From: an uncultured virus (IMG/VR IMGVR_UViG_3300034374_008829)
Taxonomy: Duplodnaviria; Heunggongvirae; Uroviricota; Caudoviricetes
Strand: one strand, 5' to 3'
Length of the DNA stretch: 64,000 bases
IMG/VR virus record: IMGVR_UViG_3300034374_008829
The notes below the pieces were generated by a model that worked only from the letters and a program-made list of their open reading frames with translations, had not been told where the DNA came from and searched no databases. The position numbers and the translations under genes were made by a program. Below are positions 39,088 through 47,388 of this stretch, one piece after another. How positions within the stretch are numbered: the first letter of the stretch is position 1; each line of letters opens with the position of its first letter.

Positions 39088-40464
39088 TCAGGGTGTAAAG
39101 TTTCCACCGTCCATAACAGCATTATCAAAGTTGCTGCCAGTGCCCGTGGTAAAGTTACCACCATCAAAGCTGCGATTATCAAATGCACCCAAGGCAACAG
39201 CAAGGTTGACCCATTGTCCATTTCGACGAACATAATAGCCGCCATCCTGTGGCGCTTCTTGAATTCCACCACCACTGCCGCCGGAAGTCCCTATTCTGAC
39301 CCAAGTATTGTCATAATAGATGTGAAGGTCGCCAGTATCGGACTCCCACCACATGTCCCCTTCTTGGAGGGACAGGCCGTTGGCCCGCGTGGTTGGCGCT
39401 GTATCTGAGATGATTACGTTTGCAGCTGGTCCTGCACCAACACCGCTACCGGCAGCAATGAAAGTAAAACCATAGACAGCGTTATTGGTTAAGTCTTCTT
39501 CGCTCCCAGGGGTCTCTACATGAGTAACACTAATTTCTACACCGTTTGTTGTAGTAGTGTATCCTGTAACGGAATACAGATGAGCACTACTTGGCTCACT
39601 TACCCTGTAAACATAAATACTCTCGGTACTAGGAAGCAAGCCATTTAACAGGCTTGAGATATCTGTGCCTGAATTATTTTCGAATGAAACATGTAAGACG
39701 GTGAGTAGTGTTGGATCTGCGTTATTTGTATGAAATTCCCTGTCGTGAGGTTCGCCAACCTCATTATGAAACTTCCATTGAATAGTCGTACTTGGAGCGC
39801 CAGCGTCCCCAGTACCATCCCCGCCACCAGCTGCGCCAGTTGCGTAAACTTGGGGAATAAACAGATTAGTCCAAGCAGTGCCGTCCCAAGTCAGGACATG
39901 GCCCTTCTGCAGCGCTAGCTTGCTTTCAAGATCAACATCTTGAAGATCATTAATACTTGCCTCTGTGGCAAGCACATCTTTACCATCTGCGCCATCCTTT
40001 CCGTCCTTGCCGTCTTGACCATCCTTGCCAGCCCTGCCAGACGTGACCAGCAGCATCTGGTCCTGAACATCCTCAACCAGAGTTTGGAATCTATCTTCCC
40101 ACTCAGAAAAATCAGGAGCAATGACAGGTCGGATTTCTTCTGTTGGCTTGACCTGTGTATTTGCTGACTTGAATTCAGTTGTCGTGAGCTGATAGCCGAC
40201 AGCAGTTTTACTTACCTTGACCTTGGGAAGAATTGTTTCAAGCGTATCAATAACAACTTCAACAGGCTCATCCGAGTAATCAATTACCCAGATCTTCCAA
40301 GTTGCTTCGAATTCCTCAACTACAGGAAATCGATCAATATAAATAAATAAACCTTCCTCACCCGTAAGAGGAGGTTTGCCGTCAACAATCTGTATCTGCG
40401 CTAACAGACGGATGACCGGATCGCCGCCAATAAGCCTGAAGATATCGGCGGATGAAAAGATCAT
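39088..40464 (-). CDS. virion structural protein with short collagen-like segment
   Basis: GKDGQDGKDGKDGADGKD; WWESDTGD; EAPQDG; DGGNF. Confidence 0.7.
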   Translation of the reverse strand: MIFSSADIFRLIGGDPVIRLLAQIQIVDGKPPLTGEEGLFIYIDRFPVVEEFEATWKIWVIDYSDEPVEVVIDTLETILPKVKVSKTAVGYQLTTTEFKSANTQVKPTEEIRPVIAPDFSEWEDRFQTLVEDVQDQMLLVTSGRAGKDGQDGKDGKDGADGKDVLATEASINDLQDVDLESKLALQKGHVLTWDGTAWTNLFIPQVYATGAAGGGDGTGDAGAPSTTIQWKFHNEVGEPHDREFHTNNADPTLLTVLHVSFENNSGTDISSLLNGLLPSTESIYVYRVSEPSSAHLYSVTGYTTTTNGVEISVTHVETPGSEEDLTNNAVYGFTFIAAGSGVGAGPAANVIISDTAPTTRANGLSLQEGDMWWESDTGDLHIYYDNTWVRIGTSGGSGGGIQEAPQDGGYYVRRNGQWVNLAVALGAFDNRSFDGGNFTTGTGSNFDNAVMDGGNFTP

Positions 40465-40525
40465 AGCGCTGCTAAGTCAATGCTAGTTTGCCTACTGTTA
40501 AAATGGATATAGAATACCTTTGCTC

Positions 40526-40915
40526 ATGGAAACCACTCCAGCACCTGCAATGATGGATCTTGCGATGGAATTCCGCAGGAAGTATCGCCTTGAAAGCTAC
40601 CCGTCTTTTCCTGTGCGGAAACTTCAGCGCGACTTGATCATTGAGGAATTCAAAGAGTTCTTACAGGCTGAGGTTGACATGCAAATTATCATGCCTGAAT
40701 CAAGAGAACATTGCCTCAAAGAACTTGTTGATCTGGTTTACGTTTGCTACCAGTTCGCTGCCGTCATGGGCTGGGATCTTGATGAAGCTTTACGCATTGT
40801 CCATGAAAGCAATATGAGCAAGCTGGACGATAAAGGTCGACCAGTACTGCGTGAAGACGGCAAGGTTATGAAGGGCAAAAACTACAAGCCTCCTATTCTT
40901 GCTGCCCTTAGCTAG
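40526..40915 (+). CDS. MazG-like/PRA-PH nucleotide pyrophosphohydrolase
   Basis: LIIEEFKE, KELVDLVYV, VHESNMSK, REDGKVMKG. Confidence 0.88.
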   Translation: METTPAPAMMDLAMEFRRKYRLESYPSFPVRKLQRDLIIEEFKEFLQAEVDMQIIMPESREHCLKELVDLVYVCYQFAAVMGWDLDEALRIVHESNMSKLDDKGRPVLREDGKVMKGKNYKPPILAALS

Positions 40916-40942
40916 GCATCATAAAGTAGCTTCTGGCTACTA

Positions 40943-41095
40943 ATGGACCCGGCTCTTCTCGCAATCATTGCAGTAATCGTATCAGCAGTTTCCGAAATTC
41001 TGCCCTTCACCCCCCTGAAGGGTAACGGAATTGCTCAAGTCATCCTTGAGGCTTTGGTCAAGTTCTTCCCTAAAAAAGAAGGAAATGACAGCTAA
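40943..41095 (+). CDS. small membrane protein, holin-like (50 aa), not in ORF track
   Basis: MDPALLAIIAVIVSAVSEILPFTPLKGNGIAQVILEALVKFFPKKEGNDS; late motif 19 nt upstream. Confidence 0.65.
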   Translation: MDPALLAIIAVIVSAVSEILPFTPLKGNGIAQVILEALVKFFPKKEGNDS

Positions 41096-41345
41096 GGAAG
41101 GCAAGGAAACCGACGATCATTCTCGTTTAGGTGATGCCGTAAAAATCGCCCTCCTCGTGTGGGCGATGGGCATCCTCACTGCCAACTACCTTGGCATTTT
41201 CAAGCAAGCTGTTGACCCAACTTATCCTGCATCTATTCTTTCTGGTACCGCTGCTAGTTTTGGGCTAGCTGTTGGAACCAAGAAAAAGAAAGAAAATGAA
41301 GAGGTAAAACCAGCAACCCCAACACCCCCTTCCGCCACCAAGTAA
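41085..41345 (+). CDS. membrane protein
   Basis: Two hydrophobic helices; DPTYPAS...ASFGL. Confidence 0.65.
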   Translation: MTAKEGKETDDHSRLGDAVKIALLVWAMGILTANYLGIFKQAVDPTYPASILSGTAASFGLAVGTKKKKENEEVKPATPTPPSATK

Positions 41346-41347
41346 AG

Positions 41348-41701
41348 ATGAAAAAGCTTCTGCTTGGACTCATCATTCTCTCGTCACCTGCATTCGCTCA
41401 AAGTATTACTCCCAACTTCACGCAAGGGAGTATGACAAGCACCACTACTACCACAACCTCGATCGACGAAACAATTGCGATCAAGCGTTATGGTGGCGAT
41501 TACACTTACACGACTGGATACAACGTCACGCCTAGCGGTGCTATTCACGACGCTTCTACCACATGGAGTATTACAACCGCTGGAGCAGAGTTTCAGCTAG
41601 AGCAAACCGTTCGTTCGGCAGGAGTAGTCGAAACCGAGGATGTCACTCGGACAATCGATATCGAATCGGTTACAAACAGCTTGTCTGTCTTCTCGCAGTA
41701 G
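41348..41701 (+). CDS. secreted protein
   Basis: Signal peptide; ITPNFTQGSM...SVFSQ. Confidence 0.7.
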   Translation: MKKLLLGLIILSSPAFAQSITPNFTQGSMTSTTTTTTSIDETIAIKRYGGDYTYTTGYNVTPSGAIHDASTTWSITTAGAEFQLEQTVRSAGVVETEDVTRTIDIESVTNSLSVFSQ

Positions 41702-42207
41702 TAGGTTTCTGTTCGCCGATCAAGGCGGAAGAAGGAGTCACTGCAGTCGCTAACCCAATCGCAACATCTTCTGGGTCAGTTAACAACCAAGCGGTACAAA
41801 TCAATCAAGGTGGATACAGCCAGCAGGGATTTGGCACAGGCCATTACTGCAACTCTTCCACCTTGGTATTTACCCCTTTCTATCTTGGGAATGACGTACA
41901 CTCAAACCCATATGTTAGAAATCAGAATTTTGGAGCACAGGTAAGCTTTTCCGTGCCTTTAAATCGAGGCATGGTCAAGATGTGCAAAGAGCTTGCTCGT
42001 AAAAAGATTGAAAAAGAAAGGCTTGATTTAGCCTTTGTGCGTTTTAGGGAATGTGCAAAGCTGTACGATATGGGATACAAGATCAGGGAAGATTCTCCAT
42101 ACTACGTAGCTTGCGCAGATGTCGTTCCGATAACCGCTGTCGCGCCCAAGTCTGAACCGGTTTCCCTCGACGTGATTGAATTTTCTTCGCCGCAGTCTTC
42201 AGAATAG
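41563..42207 (+). CDS. secreted protein (start uncertain, probably near 41680)
   Basis: ANPIATSSGSVNNQAVQ, NFGAQVSFSVPL, CAKL...CADV. Confidence 0.65.
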   Translation: MEYYNRWSRVSARANRSFGRSSRNRGCHSDNRYRIGYKQLVCLLAVVGFCSPIKAEEGVTAVANPIATSSGSVNNQAVQINQGGYSQQGFGTGHYCNSSTLVFTPFYLGNDVHSNPYVRNQNFGAQVSFSVPLNRGMVKMCKELARKKIEKERLDLAFVRFRECAKLYDMGYKIREDSPYYVACADVVPITAVAPKSEPVSLDVIEFSSPQSSE

Positions 42208-42616
42208 GCTTAAAGATACTTACAAGCCTTTTAAAAAGAGATGTAGCAGCTAAGGTAGCTCCAACACTGATAACGCTGGTAGTAGCCGCAGCGGACAAGA
42301 TTTCTGCTTTCGGTAAAGGTATCTGTATGTCAGTTCCCGGTATATTAGCTTGTATGACTTCTGCGGATGGAACCTTTGCTGATACGGGCGGTAATTTTAA
42401 TTTCTGCAATAGTGGTTCCAGTTTTTCCTCTATTGCTTTTTCAACATCTTCTTGAGTTACAGGCTGAGGTGCCGCCAATCGAGGTAAAGCGAGATTGCTT
42501 TTAGGTGGCACAAAAATAGGCCGATAACTGGGAATTTCGGCCTTAGGCAACTCCAATACAGGAGTTGGCAGGATTAAATTTTGCGGGAAATTAAAATCAG
42601 GTAGATTTATTTGCAC
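42083..42616 (-). CDS. Pro-rich membrane-anchored hypothetical protein
   Basis: Pro-rich N-terminus, hydrophobic helix, basic tail. Confidence 0.55.
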   Translation of the reverse strand: MQINLPDFNFPQNLILPTPVLELPKAEIPSYRPIFVPPKSNLALPRLAAPQPVTQEDVEKAIEEKLEPLLQKLKLPPVSAKVPSAEVIQANIPGTDIQIPLPKAEILSAAATTSVISVGATLAATSLFKRLVSIFKPILKTAAKKIQSRRGKPVQTWARQRLSERHLRKLRSMENLP

Positions 42617-42907
42617 TTACCACTTGGTGCGATTCGCCCAATAAGCTGCACTCATTTTACCTTTCTTAATATTCTTTGCATGGCGTGCCTTGAAGCTTGC
42701 TCGCTTTTGCTTCATTTGTGCACTTTCACCCTTCTTGGGCTTGCCAGCTGTCTTGGCACCCTGTTCGCCAAACCTGATCAGCTTGGTTTTGTTACCTTCC
42801 TTAGCCAATACAACATGGCTTTTGGTTGGATGATTGGGAGTTCGCTTCGGCTTGTTGTAACCGGAAAGCTTGTTCTTAGAAAGTCGCGAATCCTTTTTGG
42901 GTGCCAT
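42617..42907 (-). CDS. highly basic small protein
   Basis: IRFGEQG...RASFKARH...SAAYWA..KW. Confidence 0.75.
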   Translation of the reverse strand: MAPKKDSRLSKNKLSGYNKPKRTPNHPTKSHVVLAKEGNKTKLIRFGEQGAKTAGKPKKGESAQMKQKRASFKARHAKNIKKGKMSAAYWANRTKW

Positions 42908-43041
42908 TACTTTTTACCCTTTTTCTTAGTTCCATGCTTGGCTCCCTTCATCAGCTTGCCATTGGGCATGCGATGATATCCCTTGGGAGTCTTCTTCTTT
43001 TTGCCACCAGTGGCTTTAGCTGTAGCGTAAGGGAGTGGCAT
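42907..43041 (-). CDS. highly basic 44-aa protein, not in ORF track
   Basis: MPLPYATAKATGGKKKKTPKGYHRMPNGKLMKGAKHGTKKKGKK; TAATG coupling on both sides. Confidence 0.7.
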   Translation of the reverse strand: MPLPYATAKATGGKKKKTPKGYHRMPNGKLMKGAKHGTKKKGKK

Positions 43042-43325
43042 TACTTTTGCTTCCGAGTTCCTTTACCTGGAGCTAGTCTTCCGTTTTTACCGTGGCCATT
43101 GCGAGCACGATTTTTGCTCTTGGATTCAAGCTTGTAACCGCCTCCAGATGCATGAGAGACATCTTTACCACCTTTGCCCATGATTCCTCTTGCACGGCGC
43201 TCACGGGCTAGCTCAGCGCGATATTTCTTGCGACTGGTTGAGCTGTTGTATTTTTTATCATAAGCTGCTTTTTTCTTACGAGCTTCTGGATTCTTTTTGT
43301 AATACTCAGCTGTCTTCCCAGCCAT
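43041..43325 (-). CDS. basic protein with minimal HNH-like motif
   Basis: KDVSH...SKNRARN. Confidence 0.65.
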   Translation of the reverse strand: MAGKTAEYYKKNPEARKKKAAYDKKYNSSTSRKKYRAELARERRARGIMGKGGKDVSHASGGGYKLESKSKNRARNGHGKNGRLAPGKGTRKQK

Positions 43326-43605
43326 GATGCGCATTTATGTCTTCTCTATAATTCCGTGGAGAACCCTTCCAGTACATGATCATGTCCAGCTTCTCGTCCA
43401 AGCGAGATAGCGTACCCATGACCTGATCCATATGCTGCTTAAACTCCAGCTTCGAGAGATACTTCTCAGACATTTTTAGTTCAAGCTTGTCGTTTCTGTC
43501 TATGGCTTTATCTGCGGCATCCATTGCCTTTTCAGCTTTACGCCAACAGAAACTACCCCAGCCAAGTATGGCTGAAACCATAATTGCAAGGGCGTATTCT
43601 GGCAT
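43306..43605 (-). CDS. single-TM plus coiled-coil protein (holin-like)
   Basis: N-terminal TM helix; RLDEKLD. Confidence 0.6.
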   Translation of the reverse strand: MPEYALAIMVSAILGWGSFCWRKAEKAMDAADKAIDRNDKLELKMSEKYLSKLEFKQHMDQVMGTLSRLDEKLDMIMYWKGSPRNYREDINAHHGWEDS

Positions 43606-43781
43606 CAGATCTCTCCGCCGTCCCTGTTTAGCTGACCAGGCTCATAGCCCTTGCCGGCAATGCCAGTTACAGGATCGCTGATCTCTTGCTCAGCCAAGAT
43701 CTTTGGAAAAGATGCATTGATGTCGTTGTCAATATTTTTCCCGTTGATATAACGGGGGCCAACGCTGTAAGTGATTTCCAT
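43605..43781 (-). CDS. hypothetical protein (58 aa), not in ORF track
   Basis: MEITYSVGPRYINGKNIDNDINASFPKILAEQEISDPVTGIAGKGYEPGQLNRDGGEI; late motif 20 nt upstream. Confidence 0.6.
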   Translation of the reverse strand: MEITYSVGPRYINGKNIDNDINASFPKILAEQEISDPVTGIAGKGYEPGQLNRDGGEI

Positions 43782-43816
43782 TAAAAAGCACCCTAGTAAA
43801 CTAGGATGCCTTTTGA

Positions 43817-44110
43817 TTATTCTTCAGTTTTAACTTCAGCTTCAGCCTTTTTGCGACGAGTTCGACGCGGAGCGGGCTCCGGTTCAGGCTCGGGTTCTGG
43901 TTCCTCGTCAACCACCACCTCGAAGGCATCGCCACCAGCGACCACGGGGATTTCGGGGAGCTTGTCCTCCAGTACAGCTGCTTTAGCGGGCTCCTTGCCC
44001 TCCTCCACGAAACCTGCGTCCCGCAGTTCCTTGGCTTGGATCGTGTAGTATGCAGCTCGGCGCTGATCGCCTTTGACGAACCACGTCGGTCGTTTGTCGA
44101 GAAGTGCCAT
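43817..44110 (-). CDS. acidic protein with EP repeats
   Basis: ATG 44110 with late motif 19 nt upstream. Confidence 0.6.
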   Translation of the reverse strand: MALLDKRPTWFVKGDQRRAAYYTIQAKELRDAGFVEEGKEPAKAAVLEDKLPEIPVVAGGDAFEVVVDEEPEPEPEPEPAPRRTRRKKAEAEVKTEE

Positions 44111-44151
44111 ATGATCAAGAAGGCTCACCTAGAGTTCCGATTTCATTGCAC

Positions 44152-44430
44152 ATGAACCCAAAGACTTACTCCACTCAGCTTCCTGAGGCACTGCTGGCTA
44201 TCGCCGACAAGGTAAAGCTCTCAGACCTGCTTGACTGCCCGTTTACGCAAGCTGATGCCATCAGCATGGTAACCCATATCACTAAGCATAGTTACCTACA
44301 CCACGAGAGCATGGAGCCAGATGACGAGAAGCTAGAGCTGAATTTGCAGCGCATCAACATGGCTATTCCTGGGGAATCCCGCCATCTCGCATTCAGCGTC
44401 GTCAGAGAGCGACATTCGGGCAAGCCTTGA
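44152..44430 (+). CDS. hypothetical protein
   Basis: 92-aa ORF. Confidence 0.5.
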   Translation: MNPKTYSTQLPEALLAIADKVKLSDLLDCPFTQADAISMVTHITKHSYLHHESMEPDDEKLELNLQRINMAIPGESRHLAFSVVRERHSGKP

Positions 44431-44603
44431 TGGAATGCAATCAATGCTGTGGCAACTGCCTGTTCTCTGTCGTTATTAAAGGGTTTCTCCGCTGTAGGCG
44501 TTTTCCGCCAAGTGTCCTAAGTGTGGGAAGGTTGCACTATTCAAAATTCCCCAAGGTCATAGACGAATGCTGGTGCGGAGAATGGAAACCTGACAACCAA
44601 TAA
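44430..44603 (+). CDS. small Cys-rich metal-binding protein (57 aa), not in ORF track
   Basis: CGNC...CRRFPP...FPKV...WCGEW. Confidence 0.7.
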   Translation: MECNQCCGNCLFSVVIKGFLRCRRFPPSVLSVGRLHYSKFPKVIDECWCGEWKPDNQ

Positions 44604-44634
44604 AAAACCCCTCCCTTGTGGGAGGGGCGCTTTT
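44602..44634. terminator. bidirectional terminator
   Basis: A-tract, CCCCTCCC-TTGT-GGGAGGGG, T-tract between convergent genes. Confidence 0.75.
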
Positions 44635-44656
44635 CTGCGAAGTCCTATGACTAGGA

Positions 44657-45022
44657 TCAGCGGCCAGGGCCGTCAACCAGCTCCAGGAACACGCCACCAG
44701 CAAGAGTAGCAGCGCCACCCAGCTCATAGTAGGCGTCGTTGTCGTCTTGGTCGCACAGGGCGCCACGGACGTGAGCAATGCCAACACCGTTACGGTCCAG
44801 ATCAGCAGCGTTGAAAACCACTGCTTGACCACCCAGGGTCACGGTGATTTTGTTGGTACCGGCATCATCGATACCGCCAGCACCGATCACCACAACGCGG
44901 ATGGTCTTAGCGGCAGTCAGAGTGAAGGGGGCATCGGTACCGGTAGCGGTAGCGGTGATCTTGCCGGAATCGTCAAGATTAAAGCCTTCGCGGGGGAAAA
45001 TACCCGAAGAACGAGCAGCCAT
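44657..45022 (-). CDS. putative capsid decoration/minor head protein
   Basis: 121 aa, beta-rich and Ala/Gly/Thr-rich, downstream of the capsid gene. Confidence 0.55.
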   Translation of the reverse strand: MAARSSGIFPREGFNLDDSGKITATATGTDAPFTLTAAKTIRVVVIGAGGIDDAGTNKITVTLGGQAVVFNAADLDRNGVGIAHVRGALCDQDDNDAYYELGGAATLAGGVFLELVDGPGR

Positions 45023-45088
45023 TGGATTTACTCCTGATTGGTTACAGCCCCCTCGTAGAGGTGTAGGGCGACTGTGTTTACAAGAGTA

Positions 45089-45562
45089 TTATTCCGATAA
45101 ATCCCTGAGCATATATTTAGTGATTTTGTATTCGTAATCACCATATTGATATTCTTCAAATATCTTAGTCATTGGCTTAAGGAATTCGTAAGGTACCTTA
45201 GCGTCGAGCGCAATATCGCGATAATTTAGTTTATGGTAAAAATCAACAGCTTTATCAACTGCCGCCAAGTAAATATTTTTGACGCCAACCTTCCTACACC
45301 AATGATGAATGTATTCCATCAGGTATTTGCCAGATCCAGTACCTCTGAACTCTGGCAAGACGCATAAAGATGCCAACAGTATGGAATGACAATCTTTTGA
45401 AAGAATAATTCTTACGCAACCAATGGGAACCCCTCGAAGTTGCAAGACAAACTTAACGCCTTTGTGAATCTTCTTATTTGGCATACCACACTTTTGCAGT
45501 AAGTCTCGGATTGTGCTTTCGTAAGCATCGCCGCAAACAATATGGTAGTTCAAGCCAAGCAA
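45089..45562 (-). CDS. GNAT-family acetyltransferase
   Basis: LCVLPEFRGTGSGKYLM motif A; AVDFYHKLNY. Confidence 0.85.
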   Translation of the reverse strand: MLGLNYHIVCGDAYESTIRDLLQKCGMPNKKIHKGVKFVLQLRGVPIGCVRIILSKDCHSILLASLCVLPEFRGTGSGKYLMEYIHHWCRKVGVKNIYLAAVDKAVDFYHKLNYRDIALDAKVPYEFLKPMTKIFEEYQYGDYEYKITKYMLRDLSE

Positions 45563-45588
45563 GCAGACTTCTCAGGATTCCAAGCCAT

Positions 45589-45621
45589 AAAAAAGAGGGG
45601 GTAACAGGACCCCCTCTAAAA
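45589..45621 (-). terminator. psbA terminator
   Basis: AGAGGGGGU/ACCCCCUCU hairpin followed by a U-tract. Confidence 0.75.
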
Positions 45622-45636
45622 TTATGCGACCTGCAT

Positions 45637-46716
45637 TCATCCAATAGATGGAGCAGTTAGAGCGACCGGAGTAGCTTCAATAGAAGCCAAATCCAGTGGG
45701 AAATTGTGTGCATTGCGCTCATGCATTACCTCAAAACCAAGGTTCGCCCGGTTGAGGATATCTGCCCAAGTGTTGACCACGCGACCTTCAGTATCCAAAA
45801 GGGACTGATTAAAATTGAACCCGTTAAGATTAAAAGCCATCGTAGACACGCCAAGAGCAGTGAACCAGATGCCCACAACAGGCCAAGCAGCAAGAAAAAA
45901 GTGAAGGCTGCGGCTGTTATTAAAGGATGCGTATTGGAAGATGAGGCGACCGAAATAGCCATGAGCCGCTACAATGTTGTACGTTTCCTCTTCTTGGCCA
46001 AACTTATAGCCATAGTTTTGAGACATGTCTTCAGTCGTCTCACGAACGAGCGACGACGTGACCAGACTGCCGTGCATAGCAGAGAACAAGCTCCCACCAA
46101 AAACGCCGGCCACACCCAACATGTGGAAAGGATGCATAAGAATATTATGCTCAGCCTGGAATACCAGCATGTAGTTGAAGGTGCCGGATATCCCCAAGGG
46201 CATAGCATCTGAAAAAGAGCCTTGTCCAAACGGGTAAACAAGGAACACGGCAGTCGCAGCAGCGACAGGAGCAGAGTACGCAACAAAGATCCAAGGCCTC
46301 ATCCCTAGTCGATAGCTAAGTTCCCACTCACGTCCCATGTAAGCATAGATGCCAATGAGGAAGTGGAAAGTGACGAGTTGGAATGGACCCCCGTTGTACA
46401 GCCATTCATCAAGTGAAGCAGCTTCCCAAATTGGGTAGAAGTGTAGTCCGATGGCATTGCTGCTCGGAACGACGGCTCCCGAAATGATGTTGTTGCCGTA
46501 CAGCAAGGAGCCGGCAACGGGTTCTCTGATTCCATCGATGTCAACCGGAGGTGCGGCGATAAAGGCGACGATGAAGCAAATAGCAGCCGCAAGCAGGGTG
46601 GGGATCATCAGAGTGCCGAACCAACCAACATAAAGTCGGTTGTTAGTGGAAGTAACCCACTCGCAAAACTGGTCCCAAGTACTTGCTTGCCGCTGCCTAG
46701 AGATTGAGGCAGTCAT
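45637..46716 (-). CDS. psbA: photosystem II D1 protein
   Basis: Full-length 359-aa D1: [32 protein letters not shown]. Confidence 0.99.
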   Translation of the reverse strand: MTASISRQRQASTWDQFCEWVTSTNNRLYVGWFGTLMIPTLLAAAICFIVAFIAAPPVDIDGIREPVAGSLLYGNNIISGAVVPSSNAIGLHFYPIWEAASLDEWLYNGGPFQLVTFHFLIGIYAYMGREWELSYRLGMRPWIFVAYSAPVAAATAVFLVYPFGQGSFSDAMPLGISGTFNYMLVFQAEHNILMHPFHMLGVAGVFGGSLFSAMHGSLVTSSLVRETTEDMSQNYGYKFGQEEETYNIVAAHGYFGRLIFQYASFNNSRSLHFFLAAWPVVGIWFTALGVSTMAFNLNGFNFNQSLLDTEGRVVNTWADILNRANLGFEVMHERNAHNFPLDLASIEATPVALTAPSIG

Positions 46717-46803
46717 GAAAACAAATAAGCAGATAAAGAGAAACCTCCCTGCCCAGAGCGAACGCTTTGAACAAGGAGGTCTTTATATTATACCGGGGAA
46801 AGC

Positions 46804-47157
46804 TTAGAACTTATACTTAGCCCCAGCCTTAACACCGTAAGAGTTCACGTTATCAAACGCTGCAGAAAGCTCACCGTACACGGAAAGCGCATCCGACACT
46901 TGAAGGCCGCCGCCCACCTTGCCAGTTGCAATGGTCTTAGCAGTGCCGCCATCAGGAGAGACGTAGCTGGGACCGCCTTGCACGTAATAGCTAGCGATGC
47001 CAGAGGAGCCCTCTACACCAACGTGGAAATCAGTAGCGGTACCAGAGTAATCACTACCGCTGAAGCCGGAATTAGCTTCGATGTTTGCGTAAAAAGGACC
47101 TGCCATTGCAGGAGCAGCCAGCAGTGCGCTAGCGGGAATCAAAGCAAGAAGTTTCAT
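46804..47157 (-). CDS. small outer-membrane beta-barrel-like protein
   Basis: Signal peptide, amphipathic strands, terminal YKF. Confidence 0.7.
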   Translation of the reverse strand: MKLLALIPASALLAAPAMAGPFYANIEANSGFSGSDYSGTATDFHVGVEGSSGIASYYVQGGPSYVSPDGGTAKTIATGKVGGGLQVSDALSVYGELSAAFDNVNSYGVKAGAKYKF

Positions 47158-47164
47158 AGTTGTA

Positions 47165-47272
47165 TCAGAAGAAACCCGGAATGATTTGTCCGGTAGTGAC
47201 GTATGCGCCAAGCGCGGCTACGAAGCCAACCATGGCTGCACGACCATTGAAGGTCTCAGCTTTTTCGTTCAT
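47165..47272 (-). CDS. hli: high-light-inducible protein (35 aa), not in ORF track
   Basis: MNEKAETFNGRAAMVGFVAALGAYVTTGQIIPGFF; AExxNGRxAMxG and TGQIIPGFF. Confidence 0.95.
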   Translation of the reverse strand: MNEKAETFNGRAAMVGFVAALGAYVTTGQIIPGFF

Positions 47273-47335
47273 TGATATAACGAAAAGGTCTCTTCAGTAT
47301 ACCGATTAAAGTTTTCTGGAATATACAAAACCAAT

Positions 47336-47364
47336 AAAAAAGGGGCCTCCCGAAGGAAGCCCCT
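47336..47364 (-). terminator. capsid gene terminator
   Basis: AGGGGCUUCC-UUCG-GGAGGCCCCU followed by a U-tract. Confidence 0.8.
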
Positions 47365-47388
47365 GTGCACAAATACCGCTTAAGGGTA

